From an uncultured delta proteobacterium (lineage in GTDB: Bacteria; Desulfobacterota; Binatia; Binatales; Binataceae), in NCBI GenBank assembly GCA_963724765.1, contig CAVRVY010000001.1:64001-128000 (forward strand): 64,000 bases of DNA, given 5' to 3'. A program made the translations under genes and the position numbers. A model generated the notes under the pieces. It made no database searches. It worked only from the letters and a program-made list of their open reading frames with translations, and was not told the origin of the DNA. This document shows, piece after piece, positions 21,466-31,025 of this stretch (position 1 is the first letter of the stretch; every line of letters starts with the position of its first letter).

Positions 21466-22065
21466 CTATGCAAACGTCGTGACCAGTTCGCGCAGGCGTT
21501 CCCTGGCGTCGCTCAATATCGATACACCGTCGCCGACCAACAATATGTCGAAATCGATCGCGAGCAGGTTCCGCACGCTCTCCCGCAGGCGCGCCGGATC
21601 GTCCATCACCTGTTCGCGCAGCAGGCCGCATCGGCCGGGCGGGTTTCCAATCACCGCGTCACCCACGACCAGGATCTTTCGCTCCGGCCAGTACAGCGCG
21701 ACCTCGCCGGGCGACTTGCCCGGGACCGCGACGACGTTAAGCGGGCCGACGCGCTCGCCGACGCGCAGTTCGTCGTCGATTACGGCACCCTGGCTGCGCG
21801 CGTAGGCCGCGTCGGCGGGATGAATCGCGACCCGGGCGCCGGTGCGCTCGCGCACGAGGTTGGCCGCGCGCACGTGGTTGCGATTGGTGAGCAGGATGCG
21901 CGCGGGGCGGGCGCGGGCGATCTCTTCGAGATCGGCGGCGCTTGCCTCGACCGGGTCGATGCAGATATTTCCCTGCGAATGAGCGATCAGCAGGCCGTTG
22001 AAGTTATAGCCGTGGGGGGCGGAGAACCACGGCCATGTGCGAATATCCGCCGCAATCGTTTCCAT
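21466..22065 (-). CDS. MBL-fold protein with degenerate metal motif
   Basis: IDP, LLTNRNHVRAA, IHPAD, PGKSPGE, VGDA, LVGDG; likely start ATG 22065. Confidence 0.8.
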   Translation of the reverse strand: METIAADIRTWPWFSAPHGYNFNGLLIAHSQGNICIDPVEASAADLEEIARARPARILLTNRNHVRAANLVRERTGARVAIHPADAAYARSQGAVIDDELRVGERVGPLNVVAVPGKSPGEVALYWPERKILVVGDAVIGNPPGRCGLLREQVMDDPARLRESVRNLLAIDFDILLVGDGVSILSDARERLRELVTTFA

Positions 22066-22201
22066 CGATGATTTCTCCGATGACCCTGCCGATGATCTTG
22101 ATGATCTTGCCGATGATCTCGCCGGTGATGAATCGCCCCGATTGTAGCGCCACACACGTGCCGGGTTTCAAGCCGCGCCGGCGCGCGGGAGTTCACAAAC
22201 G

Positions 22202-22738
22202 ATGAGCTATTGCGAAATCGCGCCCAGCCATCCTTTTCACGGCCCCTATCACGATCGCGAATACGGCTTTCCCACGCGCGTCGAAAGCAGGCTGTTCGAG
22301 CGCCTGGTGCTTGAGATCAACCAGGCCGGGCTCTCGTGGCTGACCGTGCTGCGCAAGCGCGAGGCGTTCCGCGACGCGTTCGACGGCTTCGACGTCGACC
22401 GCGTCGCCGCGTACGGGCGGCGCGAGCGCGCGCGGCTGCTGGCCGACGCCGGAATCGTGCGCAACCGCCTCAAGGTCGATGCCGCGATCGAGAATGCGCG
22501 GCGAATCGTAGCGCTGCGCGAAGGCCACGGTGGGTTTGCGCGATGGCTGAGCGCCAATCATCCGCTCGACAAGGATGAGTGGGTGAAGCTGTTCAAGCGG
22601 ACGTTTGTCTTTACAGGCGGCGAGATTACTGGCGAGTTTCTGATCAGCACCGGCTACCTGCCGGGGGCTCACGTTGAGAGCTGCCCGGTGTACGCGAGGA
22701 TCGAGCGGCTAAAGCCGCCCTGGATGCGCAAAAGATAA
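22202..22738 (+). CDS. tag: DNA-3-methyladenine glycosylase I
   Basis: YHDREYG, LFERLVLEINQAGLSWLTVLRKR, GIVRNRLK, C-terminal H...C. Confidence 0.92.
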   Translation: MSYCEIAPSHPFHGPYHDREYGFPTRVESRLFERLVLEINQAGLSWLTVLRKREAFRDAFDGFDVDRVAAYGRRERARLLADAGIVRNRLKVDAAIENARRIVALREGHGGFARWLSANHPLDKDEWVKLFKRTFVFTGGEITGEFLISTGYLPGAHVESCPVYARIERLKPPWMRKR

Positions 22739-22802
22739 ACGCGCAAGGAATAAGACGGCCTGAGGAGCGAGACCGCCCTTGACAGAAGGGCGAGGGTTGG
22801 GA

Positions 22803-22822
22803 GATATTGAGAATCGTTCTCA
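22803..22822 (+). promoter_or_regulatory. Fur-like iron box
   Basis: GATATTGAGAATCGTTCTCA resembles the Fur consensus and contains the inverted repeat TGAGAA-N3-TTCTCA; it lies just upstream of the cupredoxin gene. Confidence 0.7.
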
Positions 22823-22846
22823 GTTGTATAGCCGGAGGTCGCCACC

Positions 22847-23191
22847 GTGCCGTCTCGCAAATTACTCGTTACCGTGCTCGCCTTCTTTGCCGCCGTTGGT
22901 CTAGCGGCGGCCGCCGCTCACGCCGACAACGGCACCATCGAGTTGCGTTTCGAGCGCCATCATTTCTCGCCCGCCAGCCTCACCGTGCCGGCAGGCAAGG
23001 CCCTGACGATCAAGGTCGTGAACGCGAGCAACGAGACGATCGAATTCGAGAGCTTCCGGCTTAACCGCGAAAAGGCCATCCAGCCCGGCGAGACGATCAC
23101 CGTGCACCTGCCCGCGCTCAGTGCCGGCAGCTACGATTTCTACGACGACTTTCATCAGGACGTACCCCAGGGCAGCATCGTCGCCAAGTGA
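22847..23191 (+). CDS. Secreted cupredoxin-domain protein (EfeO-N/FtrB type)
   Basis: Signal peptide, FSPASLTVPAG, EFES..LNREK, GSYDFYDDFH. Confidence 0.88.
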   Translation: MPSRKLLVTVLAFFAAVGLAAAAAHADNGTIELRFERHHFSPASLTVPAGKALTIKVVNASNETIEFESFRLNREKAIQPGETITVHLPALSAGSYDFYDDFHQDVPQGSIVAK

Positions 23192-23252
23192 ATGGCCGGG
23201 CTGATTCCGGCTCCTGGAAATTCACCTGCGCTGACACGGCCTCGCATGCCCG

Positions 23253-23765
23253 ATGAACATGAGGAAGTCTGCGCTGGCGGCTCTGCTCGCGCTCGGCGTA
23301 GCTTTACTCGCGGCGCAACTGATGACGGTCGAGCGCGTGAATCCAACTTTGCCAATTTCGCCAACTTCGTCAGGTTCACCAGGTTCACCGCTATCGAACG
23401 CGGATATCGCGGCGCCGGCGCAAATCGAGGCGCTTTTGACTTCCGCCTGCTACGACTGCCATTCCAACCAGACCAGATGGCCCTGGTATAGCCGGGTGGC
23501 GCCGGTATCATGGCTTGTCGCGCGCGATGTGACGTTGGGGCGCAAGGAGCTTAACTTCTCCGAGTGGGGCTCATACTATCCGCAAACGCGAATGCGAAAA
23601 CTCCAGTGGATGAGCCGGGTGTTGCGCGAGCGCTCGATGCCGCCCTGGACCTATCGGTTGATGCATCCGGGCGCGCGGCTAACTGACGCTGAGCGCGCGA
23701 CGCTCGAACGGTGGATCGAATCCGAAATCTCCACGCCGCCAGCGCCGCATGCCACGACCGACTAG
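23253..23765 (+). CDS. Haem-binding-domain c-type cytochrome
   Basis: ACYDCHSNQTRWPWYS..APVSW, LNFSEW, MPP..Y.LMHP. Confidence 0.88.
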   Translation: MNMRKSALAALLALGVALLAAQLMTVERVNPTLPISPTSSGSPGSPLSNADIAAPAQIEALLTSACYDCHSNQTRWPWYSRVAPVSWLVARDVTLGRKELNFSEWGSYYPQTRMRKLQWMSRVLRERSMPPWTYRLMHPGARLTDAERATLERWIESEISTPPAPHATTD

Positions 23766-23793
23766 CACCTAATGTTCTAATGGCAGACTCCAA

Positions 23794-24648
23794 ATGACAT
23801 ACTATTATCGATTAGCTATTTGGAGTTCATCGCTGGTCTTTGCCGTTATCCTGTTTTCCAACCGCGCGGCCGCCCAAGTCGATCCGTGGGAGTTCGAAGT
23901 GTACCCCTATGCGACGGAAGGGCGGGGAGTCGCCGAACTCGAGACCGACAACGCGGTGGTGCCCAACGGCCACAGCCAGGGCGGTAACGGAACCGCGGCG
24001 GGGACTTTTCCGAGCCAGGCGATGTGGTATAATCAGTACGAATTGACCTATGGTATCACCGATCGAATCGAGGCGGCCGCATATCTTAATATGGCGCTGC
24101 CACGCGGCGGTGGTTATCAATATGCCAGTTCCAAGTATCGTTTGCGCGGCAGGCTCTTCGACGAGGACGTTCTGCCGGTCGATCTCGGATGGTACGTCGA
24201 ACTCGAATGGCATCGGACGCCGCAGTTCGATACCGACCAGCTCGAACTCGAACTTCGTCCCATAATCGAGAAGGACCTGGGCCGCTTCTCGATCCTTGCC
24301 AATCCAACGTTTGAAAAACCGATCTTCGTCGGGCCGGACAAGAACGAGGGCTTCGAGTTCGGCTACTCCGGCGCGGTCTATTACCGCTGGACGCGGTATC
24401 TATCGCCGGGAGTTGAGGTCTACGGCGCGACCGGCGACCTCGACGACACTCCGCCGCTCCATACGCAGCAGCATTACGTCTTCCCTGTCATCTGGGGCGC
24501 GCTCCCGTATCGTGTCGAATACAACATCGGCCCGGGCTTCGGCCTCACACGCGGCTCCGACCGCGTAATCGTGAAATTCAACCTCGAGGTGGAGGCCTTC
24601 GTCGGTTCGCTTTTCGGTCCTTCCCCCGAAGGGAGTTGGTTTTTTTAA
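23794..24648 (+). CDS. Putative outer-membrane beta-barrel protein
   Basis: Signal peptide, EFEVY, alternating aromatic strands, C-terminal Phe; co-oriented with the iron-box operon. Confidence 0.65.
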   Translation: MTYYYRLAIWSSSLVFAVILFSNRAAAQVDPWEFEVYPYATEGRGVAELETDNAVVPNGHSQGGNGTAAGTFPSQAMWYNQYELTYGITDRIEAAAYLNMALPRGGGYQYASSKYRLRGRLFDEDVLPVDLGWYVELEWHRTPQFDTDQLELELRPIIEKDLGRFSILANPTFEKPIFVGPDKNEGFEFGYSGAVYYRWTRYLSPGVEVYGATGDLDDTPPLHTQQHYVFPVIWGALPYRVEYNIGPGFGLTRGSDRVIVKFNLEVEAFVGSLFGPSPEGSWFF

Positions 24649-24822
24649 AGGGATTGTCCAGGGAATCGCGGGGAAGAGCGGGAGTGACTTGAAGCCATCG
24701 AGCGCGCTTTCCCGATCGCCGCGAGTTCTGCGATGTTGTTCGAGGCGTGGCTGCGCGCTCGCTAGCGCGGCCGCCGCAAGGCGCTCTTTGTCAGTAACTG
24801 GCGGGAGTCCCAGGAGGACGAC

Positions 24823-25698
24823 ATGAAAATCGGGGTCGCGGCATTCCTCACCGAGAAATCCGGCAATCCCGGCACGATTGCGGCCACGGCCGAGCGCGCC
24901 GGCTTCGAATCGTTCTGGGTCGCCGAGCATCTGGTCATCCCGGCCGCCTACACGACTTACTATCCGCGTTCGCCCGACGGCAAGGTGCCCGAGTCCTATG
25001 CCCACCTGGCCGATCCGTTCGTCGCGCTGGCGATGGCCGCGCAGGCGACTTCGCGTATTCGTATCGGCACCAGCGTCTGCCTGCTGCCCGAGCGCAATCC
25101 GATCGAGACCGCCAAGGCCGCGGCGACGCTCGACATGTATTCGGGGGGCCGCCTGATGCTGGGCGTGGGTGCGGGATGGTTTCCCGAAGAGGCCGCGATA
25201 ATGGGCGTGGACTTCAAGCGCCGCTGGCGCCATTTGCGCGAATCGGTCGAGGCGATGCGCGAGTTGTGGAGCAAACCCGAGGCGAGCTACGAGGGCGAGA
25301 TCATCAAGTTCCCGCCGGTCAGGCTTTTTCCCAAGCCGGTGCAGAAGCCGTATCCGCCGATTTTTCTCGGCGCGCACGATCCCGGCCCGGCATTGAAACG
25401 GGTCGCGCGATGGGCGGACGGATGGATGCCGGGCGGGCTCAGTCCGGAACAGGCCGCGCAATGTATTCCGCAGGTCAAGCAGATGGCGCGCGAGAACGGA
25501 CGCGACTCTGAGCGGATGGAGTTCTCGGTGATGCTCGGGATCGGCGCGCAGCAGACGCCGTCGGCCGACGCGCTCAAGCGTTACGCCGCCGCCGGCGTCA
25601 GCCGGGTGATAATTCTGGCGGGCGAGATTGCCGCGCGCGACGGCGTCGAGGTGGTCAAGGAACTGGCGCCGCTGGTCGAGCGTGCCGCGCGGATCTGA
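24823..25698 (+). CDS. LLM-class (F420-type) flavin-dependent oxidoreductase
   Basis: GFESFWVAEH, DPFVALA, SGGRLMLGVGAGW, PKPVQKPYPPI. Confidence 0.92.
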   Translation: MKIGVAAFLTEKSGNPGTIAATAERAGFESFWVAEHLVIPAAYTTYYPRSPDGKVPESYAHLADPFVALAMAAQATSRIRIGTSVCLLPERNPIETAKAAATLDMYSGGRLMLGVGAGWFPEEAAIMGVDFKRRWRHLRESVEAMRELWSKPEASYEGEIIKFPPVRLFPKPVQKPYPPIFLGAHDPGPALKRVARWADGWMPGGLSPEQAAQCIPQVKQMARENGRDSERMEFSVMLGIGAQQTPSADALKRYAAAGVSRVIILAGEIAARDGVEVVKELAPLVERAARI

Positions 25699-25856
25699 TT
25701 CGGTAAGATTTTCGAGCGTTTCGAGCATGATCCAAGCGCTGCGAGCCGCGAATGGCGCGCGCAGACGCGGCCTTGTCGCATCTTGCAGCCAGTGGCATAG
25801 TTGCCAAGAGAATTCTCCGCGCGATCCAAAAAGTGGTTCCCCTGGCACAGGCACGC

Positions 25857-26165
25857 TTGTCCATCGAAACGATCAAAATCGAGCTGAACTCGGTAGTGGT
25901 TGCGGCCGCCGACCAGGTCTCCTGTGACCTCGAGGGTGAAGCCGCAATCCTCAATCTCAAGACCGGCGTCTACTATGGGCTCGACGACATCGGCGCGTCG
26001 GTCTGGCGAATGCTCAACGAGCCGCGGCGCGTGGATGATCTGGTCGATGCTTTGCTCGGCGAGTACGAGGTCGACCGTGAGGAGTGCCAGCACGACGTGA
26101 TCGCGTTGCTTGGCGAACTCGCGGTGCGCGGCCTGGTCGAGATCAACGACGGACTCGAAAGCTGA
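25857..26165 (+). CDS. PqqD-family RiPP recognition element (lasso B1-like)
   Basis: QVSCDLEGEAAILNLKTGVYYGLDDIGASVW...EYEV...L...GL; start TTG 25857 inferred (ORF open from 25752). Confidence 0.9.
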   Translation: MSIETIKIELNSVVVAAADQVSCDLEGEAAILNLKTGVYYGLDDIGASVWRMLNEPRRVDDLVDALLGEYEVDREECQHDVIALLGELAVRGLVEINDGLES

Positions 26166-26357
26166 CCGCCGCCGTGGAAATTTCGTCGAGTGGCACGTTG
26201 CACTTCTGAACGACGCGCCGCGGTTTTCTTCTTATTGGATTCGGAGTCGTGGGGCTGTTAGGATCCTAGTGGGTCTTCGAGCGCGGCTACTAAATCAGGT
26301 GCGCTACTGAAATGTCCATCGCGGAAAACTCTCTGAACGCAAGCGTCACAGGCCGGG

Positions 26358-26813
26358 ATGGCGCGCCGGCTCGCTAAATTTTTCCGCCTCTCGTTCTCCG
26401 ATCAGCGGCTGCTGATGCGAGCCGCGTTGGCCGTCGTCAGCGCGAAGCTGGCTATCAGGAGCTTGCGCCTGCCTGCCGCGCGTGCGGCGGTCACTCACCT
26501 GGAGCGCCTGGGATGGATCGTCACGCCGGCGCGCGCAGATCGAATCGTGTGGGCCGTAGAGGCCGCCGGCCGTGCGATACCCGGTATGAAGAACTGCCTG
26601 GTGCAGGCGGTGGCGGCGGAAGCGATGCTGTTGCGGGCGGGGCATCCGTGCCAATTCCGAATCGGCGCCGCGAAAAACGGGCCGGACGAATTGATCGCGC
26701 ACGCATGGCTGGAGAGCGAGGGCAGGGTTCTCATCGGCGACTTCGAGCTCGACCGCTATACGCCATTCGTCGCGCCTCAGATTCAGGCCGGCACGCCTCC
26801 CGCTGCGCGATAG
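26358..26813 (+). CDS. Lasso B2-like transglutaminase-fold cysteine protease
   Basis: NCLVQA (catalytic Cys), IG, AHAWLE (His). Confidence 0.9.
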   Translation: MARRLAKFFRLSFSDQRLLMRAALAVVSAKLAIRSLRLPAARAAVTHLERLGWIVTPARADRIVWAVEAAGRAIPGMKNCLVQAVAAEAMLLRAGHPCQFRIGAAKNGPDELIAHAWLESEGRVLIGDFELDRYTPFVAPQIQAGTPPAAR

Positions 26814-26846
26814 GCCGGGGCGACGCACCGGACCTTAGCGCCACTC

Positions 26847-28244
26847 ATGGCGAAAGAAAGGAACGGGCAATCGCGGGCGCCTTGTGGCGGCGCCGATGCC
26901 GTCGTGAGCTCCATCGCCTCCACCGTCAAAGCTGGCCTCAAATCCGGCCCGGCGCCGAGCCGCGAAGCTGAACTGCTCATCTGCTGCGCCACTTCGGTTG
27001 CGACGCCAGAGCGCACGGCGCATCTGCGCGCGATCGTCGACGGGGGCGTCGATTGGCAATTGGCCACACACATGGCGTCGACGCAGGCGGTGATGCCACT
27101 GGTCTATCGCTACCTGACCTCGGAACTCGAGGCCGGGTTGCCGGCCGACGCGGCTCGCGGCCTGCGCCAGGCTTTCTACGGCAACTCGCTGCGCAACCTC
27201 CATCTCGCGCGCGAGCTGGTGCGGCTGACGGCGCTGCTCGAGCGGGGCGGTGTCGAGCCGCTGGCGCTCAAGGGTCCGGCGCTGGCGATGCAGGCCTATG
27301 GCGCCCTCGCGATGCGCCAGTTTACCGACCTTGACCTCCTGGTGCGGGAAAGCGAGGTCGAGCGCGCGGCCGAGATTCTTCTCAACGACGGCTACGCGCT
27401 ACGCGCAGGATGCGGGCTTGCCGACCTCGGCCGGACGGGCGCGTACGAAATCACGATGGGGCGGGCGGGCGTACTGACTGAAATCGATCTCCACTGGCGC
27501 CTCGTCCCGCGCTATTTTCCGCTCACGCTCGACGGCGAAGATCTGTGGCGGCGCGCGGTGCGGGTCGAGATCGAAGGCGCCGCCGTGCGCACCCTGGCGG
27601 CCGTCGACCATCTGCTCTATCTGTGCGCGCACGGAGCCAAGCACGGATGGCAGGCGCTCGGCGGGATTTGCGATCTGGCCGAACTGATACGCGCATCGTC
27701 GGGCATTTCACCGCAAACTTCGTCGCAAACTTCGTCGCAAACTTCGTCGCAAACTTCGTCGCAAACTTCGTCGCAAACTTCGTCGCAAACTTCGTCGATA
27801 GACTGGGGTGAGCTCTGCGCGCGAGCCGACCGCGCGGGTGCACGCCGGGCACTTGCACTCGGCGTGCTGCTCGCGCACGAGTTGCTCGACGCCGAGGCGC
27901 CGGTGGCCGTGCTCGAGACGGCCCGCCGCGAGCCCGCGGTCATGCGTGCCGCGCGCAGCTTCATCGGTTATGTGCGCGATCCGAGCGATGACGGCCCGGG
28001 GTTCTATCAACGATGGTCGGTGCCGCTCGGCGTCATCGCGGGGCCCGGGGCACGGTTACGTTACTTCACCGGGCGCGCGCTGTTGCCGAGCGCCGACGAT
28101 CGCGAATTTCTGCGGCTGCCACCGGCCCTCTATCCCCTGTACTATTTGCTGCGTCCGCTCAGGGTGGTTCTCAAGGAGGGCCCCGCCGCCGTACGCAGGC
28201 TGATGCGCTCGGCTCCGTGGCCGGCGGACCATTCATCGCGATGA
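26847..28244 (+). CDS. Nucleotidyltransferase (NTP_transf_5-like)
   Basis: LKGPALA..AYG...RQFTDLDLLV, EIDLHW, HGAKHGW...CDL, IDW. Confidence 0.88.
   Translation: MAKERNGQSRAPCGGADAVVSSIASTVKAGLKSGPAPSREAELLICCATSVATPERTAHLRAIVDGGVDWQLATHMASTQAVMPLVYRYLTSELEAGLPADAARGLRQAFYGNSLRNLHLARELVRLTALLERGGVEPLALKGPALAMQAYGALAMRQFTDLDLLVRESEVERAAEILLNDGYALRAGCGLADLGRTGAYEITMGRAGVLTEIDLHWRLVPRYFPLTLDGEDLWRRAVRVEIEGAAVRTLAAVDHLLYLCAHGAKHGWQALGGICDLAELIRASSGISPQTSSQTSSQTSSQTSSQTSSQTSSQTSSIDWGELCARADRAGARRALALGVLLAHELLDAEAPVAVLETARREPAVMRAARSFIGYVRDPSDDGPGFYQRWSVPLGVIAGPGARLRYFTGRALLPSADDREFLRLPPALYPLYYLLRPLRVVLKEGPAAVRRLMRSAPWPADHSSR
27712..27795 (+). repeat. Perfect 12-bp tandem repeat CGCAAACTTCGT x7, encoding (QTSS)7
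   Basis: Counted directly; in frame within the nucleotidyltransferase, just before the IDW motif. Confidence 0.97.
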
Positions 28245-30139
28245 AAAAGCCAATAAACGCCTTTATTCGTGCGCTGTTCGAGGTCGGCCGCCTGCGAATC
28301 GCAGGCGCCATCGGGCTGATGGTTCTCTTTTCGCTTAGCGAGGGCATCGGGATCGCAGTGCTGCTGCCGATCCTGCAGGCCTCCGGCTTCGACCTCGGCG
28401 CGCAGGGCGCGGTTGGCCGCTATGCTAACGCGGTGGCCGCTGCCTTCGAGGCCGTCGGCCTCCATCCGAGCCTGCTGCTGTTGTTGATGGTGTTCGCCGG
28501 CCTGGTCGGGGCGCGGGCGCTACTGGGACGCTGGCAGGTAGTCGCGATGGCCTCGGTGCAGCAGAATCTCGGCGCTGGGTTGCGCGAGCGCCTGTATCAC
28601 GGGATCGCCAACGCCAACTGGCTCGCGCTTTCGCGGATGCGCTCGTCGGACCTGGCCCATGCGCTGACGGCGGAGATTGAACGGGTCGAGACCGCCACCT
28701 ACGGAGCGCTGAGCCTCGCCTCAACGGTGTTGCTGTTCGTGCTTTATATAGGGATTGGCCTGGCGATTTCAGCGCCGATGACGGCGCTGGTGCTCGGTTG
28801 CGGAATCCTCCTGGTCGCCTTGCTGCGCGGACGCACGGCGCTGTTGCACGGCGCGGGCGCTACGCTTTCGGAGCGGACCAAGGGGCTGTACTCCGCCACG
28901 GTCGAGCATCTGCAGAGCCTCAAGGCGGCCAAGATGTACGGCGTACAGGAGCGCAACTTTGACTCCTACGCGACGCTCAGCCGCGAGGTCGCCGCCGCCA
29001 ACGTCAATATCGAGCGCCAGCAGGCCGCCACCGGTTCGCTGTTCGAGATCGGGTCGGTGGTAATCCTGGCCGCGGTGCTCTACGTCTCGATTCGGGTGCT
29101 GGGAGTTGCCCCATTCGCCGTGCTGCTGCTGTTGGCGATGTTCGCGCGGGTGATGCCGCGGGTCATGCAGTGCCATAACCTGTATCAGATGTTCATGCAT
29201 GAGCTGCCTGCGTTCGAAAACGTAGGGGGACTGACCGGGCGCTGCGCAGCGGTGGCCGAACCGGCGGAGGCTCCCGCACAGGCGCTCGAACTCGCTGATT
29301 CGCTCCGCATGGAGGCGGTCTCGTTCTCCTACCAGCGCGTGGACGGCCGAGCGCCGGCCGATCGGTCTGAACAGTCTCCGGTCGACCGCGCTCAGGACCA
29401 GTCCCGGCCGCCGCTCGCCGTGCACGATCTCGACCTCACCGTGCCCGTGGGCGAGGTGGTCGCGCTGGTCGGCCCGTCGGGTGCGGGCAAGAGCACGATT
29501 GCCGACCTGATGACGGGTCTGCTGATGCCCGAGTCGGGGTGCGTCACCGTCGATGGCGTCGCGCTGGACGAAACGCGCGCGCGTGCGTGGCGCGAGGAGG
29601 TGGGTTACGTTTCGCAGGACACCTACCTGTTTCACGACACGGTGCGCGCCAACCTGCTATGGGCGCGGACCGGCGCGAGTGAGGCCGAGCTGCGCGAGGC
29701 GCTCGGGCTGGCTGCGGCGGAGCAGTTCGTCGACGCGCTGGGGGCCGGGCTCGACACCGTGATCGGCGACCGCGGGGTGTCGATTTCGCACGGTGAGCGC
29801 CAGCGCCTGGCCCTCGCGCGCGCCCTGTTGCGCCGCCCGCGTCTGCTGATCCTGGACGAGGCGACCAACAGCCTCGACGCGCACAACGAGCAGCGGATCC
29901 TCGACACGATCGAACGGCTGCGTGGCGATCTCACCATCGTAATGATCGCCCATCGGATTGCCGCCGTGCGCCAGGCCGATCGGATCTACGTCGTGGATGG
30001 CGGCACGATCGTCGAGTCGGGAAGCTGGAACGATCTGTGCGCCCGTGAGCATGGGCGCTTTCGTGCGATGTGCGAAAGCCAGGGAATCGCGCCCGTTCCG
30101 CTGGCTCCGGCGCGTCCGCCGATCGCCCGCCGCGCCTGA
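28241..30139 (+). CDS. ABC exporter, fused TMD-NBD
   Basis: ATG overlaps the upstream stop; several TM helices, GPSGAGKS, ISHGERQR, ILDEAT, IAH. Confidence 0.93.
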   Translation: MKKPINAFIRALFEVGRLRIAGAIGLMVLFSLSEGIGIAVLLPILQASGFDLGAQGAVGRYANAVAAAFEAVGLHPSLLLLLMVFAGLVGARALLGRWQVVAMASVQQNLGAGLRERLYHGIANANWLALSRMRSSDLAHALTAEIERVETATYGALSLASTVLLFVLYIGIGLAISAPMTALVLGCGILLVALLRGRTALLHGAGATLSERTKGLYSATVEHLQSLKAAKMYGVQERNFDSYATLSREVAAANVNIERQQAATGSLFEIGSVVILAAVLYVSIRVLGVAPFAVLLLLAMFARVMPRVMQCHNLYQMFMHELPAFENVGGLTGRCAAVAEPAEAPAQALELADSLRMEAVSFSYQRVDGRAPADRSEQSPVDRAQDQSRPPLAVHDLDLTVPVGEVVALVGPSGAGKSTIADLMTGLLMPESGCVTVDGVALDETRARAWREEVGYVSQDTYLFHDTVRANLLWARTGASEAELREALGLAAAEQFVDALGAGLDTVIGDRGVSISHGERQRLALARALLRRPRLLILDEATNSLDAHNEQRILDTIERLRGDLTIVMIAHRIAAVRQADRIYVVDGGTIVESGSWNDLCAREHGRFRAMCESQGIAPVPLAPARPPIARRA

Positions 30140-30186
30140 GCGGCGCGGCCAGCCGCGAACATCCTGGCGCGGATCGGATTTCCCGG

Positions 30187-30240
30187 TGGTGCGAGAGGGG
30201 GGACTTGAACCCCCACGCCTTGCGGCACCGGATCCTAAGT
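30187..30240 (-). repeat. att site: 3' part of tRNA-Leu(TAG) with the original CCA
   Basis: 30190-30240 is identical to 46523-46573 (51 bp). Identity ends just past the anticodon loop; TGG (CCA on the minus strand) at 30187-30189. Confidence 0.95.
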
Positions 30241-30358
30241 ACTACTCCCGTACCTCCACGATCCATCGCCACCGATCACTATTCAACGCCATCAAGCACT
30301 TTCGCGCCGGTCGATGTTGCTCGATAAGCGCGCTCCTACCTATCGCGCTCGATAGTTC

Positions 30359-30376
30359 CGCCACAATTACGCCACA
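30359..30376 (+). repeat. Arm-type site CGCCACAATTACGCCACA, left copy
   Basis: Identical 18-mer at 46439-46456; both copies lie just inside the att sites. Confidence 0.8.
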
Positions 30377-30566
30377 GCGCAATAGCCATTCTGTCGGCCA
30401 TTCCGAACGTGACGCACTGGATATGGCATCCTCTGCGTCATCAAAAGACGTTGATTCTAAAGGGAAATTTGGCGCCTGTGGCTCAAGTGTGGCGCAATTT
30501 CACGACGCTCAACAATGGAATTTTGGGCATTTCGCCCATGAAAACCGGACTGAAAAGGAGGTCTAT

Positions 30567-31013
30567 ATGCGGGTTTGTAACAAGTCTGAGGCGTTCAAAC
30601 TGGCACGGCAACTCAACGACGATGGCGACGCGCCGCTCGATGACGCGACGCTCGATCGCTACTGGAACGATTACCGTATCGCAGAGTTGCCCGAGCCGTT
30701 GGATGCGATCGTTCTACAGTGCTTCGTCGCGCTGCCCGCGACAGTCGCGGTGCGGTTGATGCAGGTCGCCGCCTATCACGAGCCGGTGAACGGTGTCTTC
30801 GACGACAGCGTGGTAACTCAGGTGCTGAAGATGCGATCGGCAGGTGTGGAGGAGTGGCTGCTACTCGCGCAAAGCGGTTACTACATCGGCTTGGCTCAAC
30901 GCGAGATGTGCGGGTTCGATCTCGGCGCCGGGTTGCGCCGCATCGCGCGTTGCAGCCAGTTCCTCGTCGAATGGATCGAGGCGCATCGGTTTGCGCCGTT
31001 GCGCGCGCTGTAG
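30567..31013 (+). CDS. Hypothetical protein
   Basis: AAGGAGG RBS before ATG 30567; 148 aa; no motif recognised. Confidence 0.6.
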   Translation: MRVCNKSEAFKLARQLNDDGDAPLDDATLDRYWNDYRIAELPEPLDAIVLQCFVALPATVAVRLMQVAAYHEPVNGVFDDSVVTQVLKMRSAGVEEWLLLAQSGYYIGLAQREMCGFDLGAGLRRIARCSQFLVEWIEAHRFAPLRAL

Positions 31014-31025
31014 CGAGGCGATGGG

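Noticed and set aside
24400-25854. Long antisense ORFs (484 aa here; also 20175-21293, 4649-5653, 54935-55951, 59836-60729)
   Set aside because: These are shadow ORFs opposite well-supported genes, as expected in high-GC DNA; no motifs.
25793-25860. Sigma54 promoter upstream of PqqD (TGGCAC/TGGCAT)
   Set aside because: GG-to-GC spacing is not 10 nt; only a short TGGCA-N4-TGCCA palindrome of unknown meaning remains.
25699-26357. Lasso precursor peptide near the PqqD gene
   Set aside because: No short ORF with an RBS and a YxxPxL...T-x-G leader pattern was found by eye.
27712-27795. Repeat array as a CRISPR
   Set aside because: The 12-bp units are contiguous with no spacers, in frame within a CDS, and there are no cas genes.
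30187-30240. Second functional tRNA-Leu
   Set aside because: Only the 3' part is present; the D-arm and 5' acceptor strand are missing.
29958-30566. N-terminal part of the 351-aa ORF 29958-31013
   Set aside because: It overlaps the ABC gene and crosses the att site; a strong RBS marks ATG 30567 as the real start.
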